Below, piece after piece: positions 1 to 9,430 of a stretch of DNA of 32,000 nt. A program made the translations under genes and the position numbers. Source of the DNA: Promethearchaeia archaeon (GTDB lineage Archaea; Asgardarchaeota; Lokiarchaeia; Sigyniarchaeales; SOKP01); assembly GCA_046497275.1 (NCBI GenBank), contig JAWOFX010000080.1, positions 1-32,000 on the forward strand, in the 5' to 3' direction. Position 1 is the first letter of the stretch, and every line of letters begins with the position of its first letter. Below the pieces are notes generated by a model, which saw nothing but the letters and a program-made list of their open reading frames with translations, was not told the origin of the DNA and did not search any database.

Positions 1-130
1 ATCTTCATTAAGAATACTTTTAGAGAAATTCTGATGTTAAGAAATGTAAAATTAAAATTTATTATATTTGAAATTATATTTATTCATATTAACGAAGAAA
101 TTAGGATTTTAACCTTATATAGGAATTATT

Positions 131-2458
131 ATGAATAAACAATTACTAAAGGAGGCAGTTCTGAATACTCCTATACTCTCTCTAAAAGTGCCATTAAATT
201 ATACTAAGGCCATTCGCGAAGCTCCAGGAAGACCGATGATACTTAGACAAGCGCAAGGCTTTCAATACACGTTGGAAGATTTACCGATTATTATACGAGA
301 AGATGAACTAATTGTTGGAACTTTTGATGAAGATATCCCTGTTGCTATTCCTAGACCAGAATCTTCTGGTTTGAGAATTTTAAAAGAGTTAGATATGCTT
401 CCACAAAGACTAGTAAACCCAGTTAGAGTCAGAGAGAAAGATAAAAAAACATTCAAAGAGGAACTTGCACCCTATTGGGATAATTTCAGAATTGAAACAT
501 ACGCCCATGAAATAGCACCAAGTGAAGTTTTTGAAGGATTTTTTAGTGGAGGTGCTTATGTACCGACTGAGGTAGGAGGAATTGCTCATGCTGTGTTAAG
601 TTATCCAAGACTTTTATCTAAAGGATTGAAGGCATATATATCTATAGCCAAGGAAAAAATAGAATACTATAAAGATTTACTAGGTAAGCTTCCTGGTGCA
701 GATAAAAAGATATCATTTTACAAGTCAATTAAAATTGTTGGACAAGCATTAATTGATTTTGCTTTAAGATATTCAAAAAAAGCAAAAGAGATGGCTGAAG
801 CAGAAACCGATAAAATTAGAAAATTAGAATTAGAAACAATTTCAGAAGTCTGTAAAAATGTTCCGGCTAATCCCGCCAAAAATTTTTATGAAGCTATTCA
901 ATTTATCTGGTTTATACATATGGCAGTTCATATTGAGAATTTTGAACATGGAATTTCATTTGGTCGATTGGATCAATATCTTAAAAAATATTATATTAAA
1001 GATTCTCAATTAGCGATCCGCTTATTAAAAAATCTATTTTTAAAAACTAATGAGATTATAGCTCTGTATGACTCTATCGCCACACAATATTTCGGAGGAA
1101 TGGCAACTACCCAAAATGTGCTTATAGGTGGGATTGATAGTGAAGGAAATGATGCCACTAACGAATTAACCTATCTTATTTTAGACGCGTTTGAAGAAAT
1201 TGGTGTTCCAAGTCCAAATGTGGTCGTAAGATGTCATGAATCAACACCATCTGCATTATACAAAAGAATCGCGAACTTTTTGGCAAACGGAAAAAACCTA
1301 TTAGGACTTTATAATGATAAGGTCGTAATTGAAGCCTTAATGAAATATGGAATTCCTTTAGAAGAAGCTAGAAATTATGGTGTAGTAGGTTGTGTTGGAT
1401 TATCTACATCAGGTACATCTTTTGATAATACAGGAGCTATTTTTTTAAGTTTACCAAAAGCATTAGAATGTTCATTAGGAATAGATAAAACCATAATTCA
1501 TAAGATCATTGAGAATCATCACATGCCAAATAGATATAATTCAATTGATGATCTTATTACCTCATTTGAAGAATGTTTAAGATCTATCATGGAATTATCA
1601 ATTAAGGCGGGGAATGCTTTCCAACAAGCTCATCGAGAATTAAAACCTGCTCCTTTGATGTCATTATGTATTGATGGATGTTTTGAGAAGGGGAAAGACG
1701 TAAATAAGGGTCCAGCCAAATATAATTTTTCAGGGATACATACAACGGGGTTTTCTGATGTTGTTGATTCTTTAGCTGCTATTGATAAGGCGGTTTTCAA
1801 GGAAAAAAAGTTCACTATGAATGAATTAATTAAGGCTTTAAAAAAGAATTTCAGAAAGAATGAAATAATGAAACAATATTTAGAGAAAAAATGCCCTAAA
1901 TACGGTTCAGATAATGAAAATGTAGATAGAATCGCCAAAAGAGTTGCTCAAAGTATAAGAAATGCAGTGAAAGGTTTTAAATGTGATAGAGGAGATGATT
2001 ATCGGGTTGGAATACATGCAATGACAACCCATGTGGGATTTGGAGTTTTTACTAATGCCTTACCATCGGGCAGAAAAAAAGGGGAACCTCTCACTAAAGA
2101 TATTGCTCCTGGAAATTCGAGTGAAAAAGGATTGACCGCAGTTATTAAAAGTATTACTAAAATAGATCATTCTTTATTCGGTAATGGTTTAGCATGTACT
2201 CTTAATATAAATCCTGAAATAGCTAGGATTGAGGATGGGAATATTATTGAATCCCTTTTGAGGACATATTTTAAATTAGGAGGCTCCCATATACAATTTA
2301 ATGCAATTTCACCCACTAAATTAAAAAAGGCGCAAGAAAATCCAAATAAATATAAAAATCTCATGGTGAGAGTTTCGGGATATAGTGCACGATTTATAGA
2401 TTTACCCAAAGGAGTACAAGATGATATAATTTCAAGATATTGTTATGGAAATGTATAA
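131..2458 (+). CDS. Glycyl radical enzyme (PFL2/eliminase-like superfamily), substrate unknown
   Basis: 775 aa. C-terminal glycyl-radical loop LMVRVSGYS (Gly750, codon 2378). Cys loop YGVVGCVG (Cys421, codon 1391). Family motifs DELIVG, ISFGRLDQYL, QNVLIGG, GRKKGEPL and HIQFN. Cognate activase immediately downstream. Confidence 0.93.
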   Translation: MNKQLLKEAVLNTPILSLKVPLNYTKAIREAPGRPMILRQAQGFQYTLEDLPIIIREDELIVGTFDEDIPVAIPRPESSGLRILKELDMLPQRLVNPVRVREKDKKTFKEELAPYWDNFRIETYAHEIAPSEVFEGFFSGGAYVPTEVGGIAHAVLSYPRLLSKGLKAYISIAKEKIEYYKDLLGKLPGADKKISFYKSIKIVGQALIDFALRYSKKAKEMAEAETDKIRKLELETISEVCKNVPANPAKNFYEAIQFIWFIHMAVHIENFEHGISFGRLDQYLKKYYIKDSQLAIRLLKNLFLKTNEIIALYDSIATQYFGGMATTQNVLIGGIDSEGNDATNELTYLILDAFEEIGVPSPNVVVRCHESTPSALYKRIANFLANGKNLLGLYNDKVVIEALMKYGIPLEEARNYGVVGCVGLSTSGTSFDNTGAIFLSLPKALECSLGIDKTIIHKIIENHHMPNRYNSIDDLITSFEECLRSIMELSIKAGNAFQQAHRELKPAPLMSLCIDGCFEKGKDVNKGPAKYNFSGIHTTGFSDVVDSLAAIDKAVFKEKKFTMNELIKALKKNFRKNEIMKQYLEKKCPKYGSDNENVDRIAKRVAQSIRNAVKGFKCDRGDDYRVGIHAMTTHVGFGVFTNALPSGRKKGEPLTKDIAPGNSSEKGLTAVIKSITKIDHSLFGNGLACTLNINPEIARIEDGNIIESLLRTYFKLGGSHIQFNAISPTKLKKAQENPNKYKNLMVRVSGYSARFIDLPKGVQDDIISRYCYGNV

Positions 2459-3407
2459 TGAGAATAAAGAATTGAAAAATATGTCTGAAACAAAAGGATT
2501 AATATTTAATATTCAAAGATTTTCTTTACATGATGGACCGGGTATTCGAACCACTATTTTTTTGAAAGGTTGTTCTTTAAAATGTCTTTGGTGCCATAAT
2601 CCTGAGGGAATCAACCAATCAAAAGAACTTCTTTATAAATCTTTTAGTTGTATGCATTGTGAAAGATGTATTGAAATTTGTCCGAATAGCGTATTCTCTC
2701 TTACTGAAAATCAACTATTTATTAATAGAAACGATTGTGATCTATGTGGAATCTGCATTGAAAAATGCCCAACAAAATCTATTGAAATTTGTGGGCTACC
2801 TATTTCTGTTAGTGAGTTAATCAATGAAGTTATGACAGATAAAGAATTCTATTTATCATCTAAGGGAGGAATAACGATCTCTGGAGGTGAACCAATGATG
2901 CAGTTTACTTTTCTAAAGCAGTTAATTATAGAATTAAAAAAACATAATATCCATGTATGCTTAGATACCAGCGGATATGCAAAGAGAGATAAATTTAGGG
3001 AGATTTTGGATTTGATTGATATGGTATTATTTGATGTGAAAACATTAGATAATGAAAGGCATAAAAGATTAACTGGGGTATCTAATGAACTAATTTTGAA
3101 CAACATGAAAGAATGCTCGAATTCTAATATTGATATCATTATTAGAACTCCTATTATTATTGGATATAATTTTATAGATATTGAAAATGAACTACGAGAA
3201 CATCTCAAAAATTTAATGGAAATGGGTTTTAAAAATTTTGAATTAATTCCATATCATAGTTTTGGAGAACAGAAATATAAGATGTTAGGAAAACCTTATA
3301 GAATTAAAATTGATTCTAATGAATCTGATATAATTAGAGGGACTGCTGAGGATTTAAATAGAGAGTTTGAAGTAAATATAAAAGTAAGTTACCCGATTTT
3401 AACATAA
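2445..3407 (+). CDS. Glycyl-radical enzyme activating enzyme (radical SAM, with ferredoxin-like insert)
   Basis: FNIQRFSLHDGPGIRTTIFLKGC followed by CxxxCxxC (CSLKCLWCH). Two CxxCxxCxxxC motifs (CMHCERCIEIC, CDLCGICIEKC), SGGEP and DTSG. Overlaps the GRE stop codon; the true start could be 2445, 2451 or 2481. Confidence 0.93.
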   Translation: MEMYNENKELKNMSETKGLIFNIQRFSLHDGPGIRTTIFLKGCSLKCLWCHNPEGINQSKELLYKSFSCMHCERCIEICPNSVFSLTENQLFINRNDCDLCGICIEKCPTKSIEICGLPISVSELINEVMTDKEFYLSSKGGITISGGEPMMQFTFLKQLIIELKKHNIHVCLDTSGYAKRDKFREILDLIDMVLFDVKTLDNERHKRLTGVSNELILNNMKECSNSNIDIIIRTPIIIGYNFIDIENELREHLKNLMEMGFKNFELIPYHSFGEQKYKMLGKPYRIKIDSNESDIIRGTAEDLNREFEVNIKVSYPILT

Positions 3408-3454
3408 TTTGTTATTATTAATTTTTATATGGAAATATTTAACTGGTTTTAAGA

Positions 3455-4607
3455 ATGGTGAGTAACTTTATCTGAAATTGATGGATTAAAAGAAAAGGTA
3501 TCAAAAAAATTTACTCTGAATGAACTAAGCGGAGCATTCGGAGATTGGGGAACATTAATTCCTTTTATAATAGGTTATATATCAATAGTGAAATTAAATC
3601 CAGCAGGGCTTTTTCTATGTTTAGGACTTACGAATATTATATTAGGGATAAGATATAACCTCCCATTACCCGTAGAACCTCAAAAAAGTATAGGTTCTAT
3701 TGCTTTATCTCAAAAATGGTCTCCGAATAGAGTAATTTCCACAGGTTTTTCCACTGGTGTTGTTTGGTTTATACTTGGAGCCACTAAAATTCTTGAAAAA
3801 ATATCGAAAAAAGTCCCTAAACTCTCTGTACGCGGAATCCAACTCGGTCTTTCATTTATTCTGGGTTGGGCTGCTATCTTGATGTTTATAAATGATTATA
3901 TATTGGGATTAATTTCTCTAATGATTATCATTGTTTTCATTCGCTGGGAAAAATTCCCGACCGCAATTCTTTTGGTTGTATTGGGTATAGTGATGATAAT
4001 TTTTTCTGGTAAAATCAATATAGACATTTTAAAATTTAATGTTCCCATTATTACATTTCACTTTCCAACATGGGAAAATATTCTGATTGGATTTTTCATT
4101 GCTGGGATCGGTCAATTAATACTTACCTTAACAAATGTAATGATTGCTACAATAGCGCTATTAAAAGAATTATTTCCGGAAGATGAAGGAGATATTAATG
4201 CTAATAATTTAGCATCCAATATGGGAATCATTAATCTAATTAGTCCTTTTTTCGGAGGAATTCCTTTATGTCATGGGTCTGGGGGATTAGCAGCTCAATA
4301 TGCATTTGGAGCAAGAACGGGAGGTTCTATGATCTTTGAGGGGATTATAGAAGTTTTTTTAGGTTTATTTTTCTCAGATTTACTTTTTACTACTTTTCTC
4401 TTTTTTCCGGAAGGGATTTTAGCCGCTATGTTGATTTACACTTCGTTTACGTTAGGAAAAGTTGCATTAGATAAGATTAGCGATTGGAAAAAAATTGTAA
4501 TGGTTCTTGTGTCCGCTTTAGTTTGCTTATTTATAAATATTACATTTGGATTCTTGGTAGGTTTACTTTTTTATCTAATTGATAAAAAAATCCGGAGAAA
4601 TGAATAA
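3455..4607 (+). CDS. MOT1-like putative molybdate/sulfate transporter; 5' end lacks an in-frame canonical start (possible 1-nt frameshift near 3467)
   Basis: Hydrophobic ORF with PLPVEPQK, PLCHGSGGLAAQYAFGARTGGS and FPEGIL motifs. The frame stays open upstream of the track start (GTG 3588) to 3462 and encodes NELSGAFGDWGTLIP, the family N-terminal motif. ATG 3455 is one nucleotide out of frame. Confidence 0.8.
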
Positions 4608-4707
4608 TACAATTATAAAAATAAGATTTAAATGATCGATCTGCATAATGATTATTTGGGGAAGAAATAATAATAATTAAATATTGGTAATTAAAAGAGA
4701 TGATTTG

Positions 4708-5154
4708 ATGGAGGGCATAAAAGGTATATATATTATCAATCAACGAGGTACCTCAGTCTTTTCCTATGATCCTTTTAAGCAAAAGGATCAAGAATTAAAT
4801 TACTCTCTTTTAGCTAATTTATTTTCAGCTCTAAAAAACTTTAATTTAAAAACCGGTGAAAATGGTATAAATAGTCTTAGAATGAAGGAACAATGCTTTT
4901 TTTTCATTAAAGATGATTTTACGGGTAATTTCATTGTAGCAAAGTGTTCTCCACAGATTAAATCGAAAGAAATGTCAAATATCCTACTAGAAATTAAATT
5001 TGAATTTATAAAGAAATATATGAAAGAGATGTATTCTGACAATCTTATTAAGAAGAATTTGAATCTTAAATTTCGGGATACGATTCACGAGATATTAAAG
5101 GAAGAGACCAAAAGAAAAGAAATGATAAATTCAATGGGGTTGAAAAATTTTTAG
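4708..5154 (+). CDS. Stand-alone longin-like domain protein (Asgard-type)
   Basis: Pattern IYIINQRGTSVFSY ... LLANLFSALKNF ... GINSLRMKEQCFFF ... FIVAKC matches the beta-beta-alpha-beta-beta-beta-alpha-alpha longin layout as I recall it from Asgard proteins. ATG 4708 is preferred over track TTG 4684. Stop overlaps the rtcB stop by 4 nt. Confidence 0.65.
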   Translation: MEGIKGIYIINQRGTSVFSYDPFKQKDQELNYSLLANLFSALKNFNLKTGENGINSLRMKEQCFFFIKDDFTGNFIVAKCSPQIKSKEMSNILLEIKFEFIKKYMKEMYSDNLIKKNLNLKFRDTIHEILKEETKRKEMINSMGLKNF

Positions 5155-6599
5155 CCCTTTACCACTCCTATAGGAGTGAATCGAGCGATTTTTTCTACAA
5201 TTCCTAAATTATGGCTTACATCAACCACTTGATCAACATCTTTATAGGCCCCAGGTGCCTCTTCCGCTACGACTCGCATGTTTGCTGCTTTAATATGTAT
5301 CCCTCTTTTAGAAAGATCATCTAAAACACTACGAGCAGGCCATCTTTTATCAGCACTTCTTCTTGACATTACTCGACCCGCTCCATGTGCGGTTGATCCA
5401 AATGACAAATCCATTGCTTTTTCTTTTCCCACACATAAATAAGAAGATGATCCCATAGTTCCAGGTATTAATGCTGGTTGCCCTATATCTCTATAATCTT
5501 GCGGAATCTCTGGATGTCCTGGTGGAAATGCCCTAGTTGCTCCCTTACGATGGACATTTAATTTCATTTTTGTTCCATCTATATTATGCTCTTCAATCTT
5601 CAATATATTGTGGCAAACACCATAAATTAAATTCAAGTCTAAATCATCCACATTCTTGCCAAAGAATTTTTCGAATGACTCCCTAAGCCAGTGAGTAATT
5701 AATTGCCTATTACAAAAACCAAAATTAGCAGCACATGCCATCTGACTTAAATAATTTTGTGCTTCGTTGCTGTCTGCTGGAACGCATGCCAATTCTCTGT
5801 CTGGAACCTCGATTCCATATTTTTTCATGGCTTTTTCAACCATTCTCAATGAATCAGTACAAACTTGATGTCCAAAAGCTCTACTTCCCGTGTGAATCAT
5901 TACCGTTACTTGCCCTTCCTTTTTGATTCCTAATTTTTTTGCAATATTTTGGTTAAAAATCTTATCAACTTTTTGTATTTCTATGAAATGATTTCCACTT
6001 CCTAACGAGCCAACCTGGTCTATTCCTCTTTGTTTAGCTTTCTTAGATACTAAATCAGAATTAGCACCATCTAAACACCCATTTTCTTCTACGTGATCTA
6101 AGTCCATTTCTGTCGCATAACCATGTTCTAATGCCCAGTTTAGACCATTATTAGTTAAATCATCTAAATCTGAATAAGAAATATTAATTTTTCCTTCTGA
6201 GCCTAAGCCACTAGGAATGTTTTTATAGATAGTGTTTAATAAATCGGAAATGACATCTCTTACATCATTTTCGTGTAAGTTTGTTCTTAATAATCTTACA
6301 CCACAATTAATATCATATCCAACTCCCCCCGGACTAATCATACCATTATTTGCGTCTGTTCCAGCAACACCTCCAATGCAAAATCCATATCCTTGATGAG
6401 CATCAGAAAGTGCTATAGCATGTTTTTTGATACCTTTCAAAGTAGCAACATTACTGATTTGATCTAAAGTTCTATCTTGTTTTATTTTATTAAGTATATA
6501 ATCGTTAGCATATATCTTAACTGGAACCCTCATTTCAAAATTTTTAATCTTATGAGGTTTTATTTCATAGATATTTTCAGCTATTTTCTCTACATTCAT
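5151..6599 (-). CDS. rtcB: RtcB RNA-splicing/repair ligase (3'-phosphate/2',3'-cyclic phosphate to 5'-OH)
   Basis: DAHQGYGFCIGG, PGGVGYDINCGVRL, GSLGSGNHFIE, HTGSR, HRKGATR, HGAGR and EEAPGAYK. ATG 6599 is preceded by GGAG (track start is TTG 6608). No intein. Confidence 0.97.
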   Translation of the reverse strand: MNVEKIAENIYEIKPHKIKNFEMRVPVKIYANDYILNKIKQDRTLDQISNVATLKGIKKHAIALSDAHQGYGFCIGGVAGTDANNGMISPGGVGYDINCGVRLLRTNLHENDVRDVISDLLNTIYKNIPSGLGSEGKINISYSDLDDLTNNGLNWALEHGYATEMDLDHVEENGCLDGANSDLVSKKAKQRGIDQVGSLGSGNHFIEIQKVDKIFNQNIAKKLGIKKEGQVTVMIHTGSRAFGHQVCTDSLRMVEKAMKKYGIEVPDRELACVPADSNEAQNYLSQMACAANFGFCNRQLITHWLRESFEKFFGKNVDDLDLNLIYGVCHNILKIEEHNIDGTKMKLNVHRKGATRAFPPGHPEIPQDYRDIGQPALIPGTMGSSSYLCVGKEKAMDLSFGSTAHGAGRVMSRRSADKRWPARSVLDDLSKRGIHIKAANMRVVAEEAPGAYKDVDQVVDVSHNLGIVEKIARFTPIGVVKG

Positions 6600-6828
6600 A
6601 ATCTCCAAAATGATTTAAGTGTTTTAAAAATTTTTTATTAATTTTATAAGGATACATATGAAAATGTTTGTTATTTATTTATAGATCTCAAAGAATGTAA
6701 GAATTTACTAATTTACATAGATTAAATTCATCAAATTATATAACCTATAAACGGAATGTTTAAGTTCTCTATTGGGGTTTTTATTATATCTATAAGTCTG
6801 CTAAGAATTTAATCTTGAGGAATTATTT

Positions 6829-8796
6829 TTGATTGGTAATTTAAATATAAACTCTTTTAAACTACGCAAAGAATTTTTGGATAAATATAAAGGGAAACAA
6901 CCAGATTGGGGGCCTTTAGGATACTTCACTTATAAAAGAACATATGCTCGATATATTCACGATCATGAAAGAAAAGAAGAATATTGGGAAACTGTGAAAA
7001 GAGTTGTTGAAGGATGTTTTTCGATTCAAAAAGAACATTATCATGATTTAAAATTGCCTTGGGATGAGAATAAAGCTATGAGTTCCGCAGAGAAAATGTA
7101 TGAAAAGATTTGGAATTTTAAATTTACACCACCAGGGAGAGGATTTTGGATTATGGGAACTAAATTTATCGCAGAGCAAGGCTCGATGGCATTAAATAAC
7201 TGCGGATTCGTTTCAACTAAAGATATTGATATAAAAAATACCCAACCATTTGAATTTCTTATGTATTCTTTAATGGTTGGTGTTGGGGTTGGGTTTGATA
7301 CGAAAGGTGCTGGAAAAATTAAAATAAAGCAACCAAGTGAGAGACATAAAAAATTCACTATTCCAGATAGTAGAGAAGGATGGGTGAACGCTCTCAAGAA
7401 ATTACTGGAGGCATATTTTACTGGAAATGAAAAGCCGGAATTTGGTTTTTCAGAAATTCGTCCAAAAGGAGAACCACTTAAAAGCTTTGGTGGGGTAGCG
7501 TCAGGACCAGAACCACTTAAAAATATGCTAAATGATATAAATACCTTATTAAAGAGTAAAATAGGAGAACCTATAGGGGCTTTAGATATTCTAGACATCA
7601 TGAACCTCATAGGAAAGTGTGTGGTTGCTGGTGGAGTTAGAAGAAGTGCAGAAATTGCATTAGGGAAACCAGAGAATAAAAAATTTATAAAGGCAAAACA
7701 AAATAAAGAGAAACTACAAGATCACAGATGGGTGAGTAATAACAGTATAATAGCCAAAAAAGGTATGGATTATTCTTTTGTAGCGGAACAGATTTCCAAA
7801 AATGGAGAACCAGGTATTTTTTGGTTAGAAAATGCCCAAAATTATTCCCGTATGGGTGATCCTCCTGATAATAAGGATAAAAAGGCTTTAGGAATCAACC
7901 CATGCGGAGAGCAAACATTAGAATCTTTTGAACTGTGTTGTTTGGCGGAAGCCTATCCCTCTCGACATAATAGTTGGAAAGAATTTAAAGAAACTTTAAA
8001 ATATGCATATTTATATGCCAAAACGGTCACATTGGTGAATACTCATGTTAAGGTTACGAATGCGGTTATGCTTAAAAACAGAAGAATGGGTATATCTCAG
8101 ACGGGAATTACTGAAGCGTTTACTAAACATGGAAAAAATAAGATGATTGATTGGTGCAAAAAAGGGTATTCCTATTTAAAAAAATTAGATAAAAAATATT
8201 CAGATTGGCTCTGTGTACCAGAATCAATAAAAATTACGACTATTAAACCAAGCGGAACTGTTAGTCTTCTTCCCGGTGTTTCTCATGGAATACATTTTCC
8301 TCACTCTAAATATTATATAAGAAGAATCCGTATTCAAGAAACCTCTGAACTTATTGATATTGCGAAAACTGCGGGTTATAAGGTGGTTAAAGATAAATAT
8401 TCTGATAACACTATGTTAATTGAATTTCCAGTAAAAAAAGAATATTTCACAAGAGGAAAAAGGGATGTGACTATTTGGGAACAAGCAGAAAACGCAGCTA
8501 TGTATCAAAAATACTGGTCCGATAATCAAGTATCCGTGACGATAACTTTTAAGGAAGAGGAAAAAAAAGATATTAAATATATTCTTCAAAGTTATGAAGA
8601 TAAGCTAAAAGCCGTGGCATTTCTTCCCTTAAAAGAACATGGGTATGAACAAGCTCCTTATGAAGAGATTTCAGAAAAAAAATATAAAGAGCTTTCAAAA
8701 GTTCTTAAACCATTATATTTAGATAAATTAAAAGAACAAGCGAGAGGTCAGATTTTCTGCGATTCAGAGGAATGTGAGATACATTTAAACAAATAA
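6829..8796 (+). CDS. nrdJ: Adenosylcobalamin-dependent (class II) ribonucleotide reductase, monomeric RTPR type, no ATP cone
   Basis: TYKRTYAR, FTPPGRG, LNNC, GVGVGFD, GGVRRSAEI, NPCGEQ (Asn/Cys/Glu finger loop), NRRMG, TTIKPSGTVS and C-terminal redox pair CDSEEC. TTG start after GAGG. Confidence 0.93.
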   Translation: MIGNLNINSFKLRKEFLDKYKGKQPDWGPLGYFTYKRTYARYIHDHERKEEYWETVKRVVEGCFSIQKEHYHDLKLPWDENKAMSSAEKMYEKIWNFKFTPPGRGFWIMGTKFIAEQGSMALNNCGFVSTKDIDIKNTQPFEFLMYSLMVGVGVGFDTKGAGKIKIKQPSERHKKFTIPDSREGWVNALKKLLEAYFTGNEKPEFGFSEIRPKGEPLKSFGGVASGPEPLKNMLNDINTLLKSKIGEPIGALDILDIMNLIGKCVVAGGVRRSAEIALGKPENKKFIKAKQNKEKLQDHRWVSNNSIIAKKGMDYSFVAEQISKNGEPGIFWLENAQNYSRMGDPPDNKDKKALGINPCGEQTLESFELCCLAEAYPSRHNSWKEFKETLKYAYLYAKTVTLVNTHVKVTNAVMLKNRRMGISQTGITEAFTKHGKNKMIDWCKKGYSYLKKLDKKYSDWLCVPESIKITTIKPSGTVSLLPGVSHGIHFPHSKYYIRRIRIQETSELIDIAKTAGYKVVKDKYSDNTMLIEFPVKKEYFTRGKRDVTIWEQAENAAMYQKYWSDNQVSVTITFKEEEKKDIKYILQSYEDKLKAVAFLPLKEHGYEQAPYEEISEKKYKELSKVLKPLYLDKLKEQARGQIFCDSEECEIHLNK

Positions 8797-8821
8797 TTTA
8801 ATTACTTTTAAAATTGATAAT

Positions 8822-9415
8822 CTATAAAAATGTTGTGAGATCTCCTTGTTTTGAATTTTTAATTTGATCTATGGTTTTATCGGATAGAACGGAAGTTTGA
8901 TATTTTTCTGTGATGCTTATCTCTCGATTTGCTTCTGAATCGTTTTTTTTGATCAAAAGCCATTGATTATTCCTTTTTGTTTTTATTAAGGCATACTCTC
9001 CTTTCAATCTTTTTCCATTTAAAATTAATGTGATATGACCATTTTCATGAGCATCTTGTATAGATATTTCTGTTTCTTCTTTTCGTGTTTTATTATGATA
9101 TGTTCCAAAATCCCAGACTATTGCTACACCTGCCCCATATTCTCCCTCAGGGATAATTCCTTCAAAATCAGCATAATCAATAGGATGATCTTCTGTTTCT
9201 ACAGCTAATCTTCTCTGACTTGGATTTGTAGATGGTCCCTTAGGAACAGCCCAAGACTTTAAAACTCCATTCATTTCTATTCGAAAATCATAATGAAGGC
9301 TACTAGCTTGATGTTTTTGAACTACAAAAATATTTTTACCTGTATCTTTTATAGCACCCTTAGGTTCTGGACTTTTATCAAACTTTCTTTTTTCTTTATA
9401 TTCTTTTAAAGACAT
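8822..9415 (-). CDS. Stand-alone LigD-type 3'-phosphoesterase (PE) domain protein
   Basis: FVVQKHQASSLHYDFRIE, KSWAVPKGP, RLAVETEDHP, FEGIIPEGEYGAG and VWDFGTY are PE hallmarks. About 197 aa with no polymerase or ligase domain. ATG 9415 is preferred (GTGAG upstream; track start is GTG 9424). Confidence 0.92.
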   Translation of the reverse strand: MSLKEYKEKRKFDKSPEPKGAIKDTGKNIFVVQKHQASSLHYDFRIEMNGVLKSWAVPKGPSTNPSQRRLAVETEDHPIDYADFEGIIPEGEYGAGVAIVWDFGTYHNKTRKEETEISIQDAHENGHITLILNGKRLKGEYALIKTKRNNQWLLIKKNDSEANREISITEKYQTSVLSDKTIDQIKNSKQGDLTTFL

Positions 9416-9430
9416 TATACTCACTTAATT

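Noticed and set aside
131-2458. Naming the GRE as PFL, HypD, CutC or BssA
   Set aside because: There is no Cys-Cys pair, no Cys-x-Glu and no CM(S/A)P motif, so a specific name is not supportable.
6609-6828. NrdR box or cobalamin riboswitch upstream of either nrdJ (also checked 31063-31483)
   Set aside because: No matching palindrome or GC-rich structured element was seen. The shared aggaattatt before the GRE and nrdJ starts is explained as a ribosome-binding region.
5151-8796. Inteins in rtcB or nrdJ (known insertion hot spots)
   Set aside because: Both proteins have normal length and contiguous motifs, with no intein signatures.
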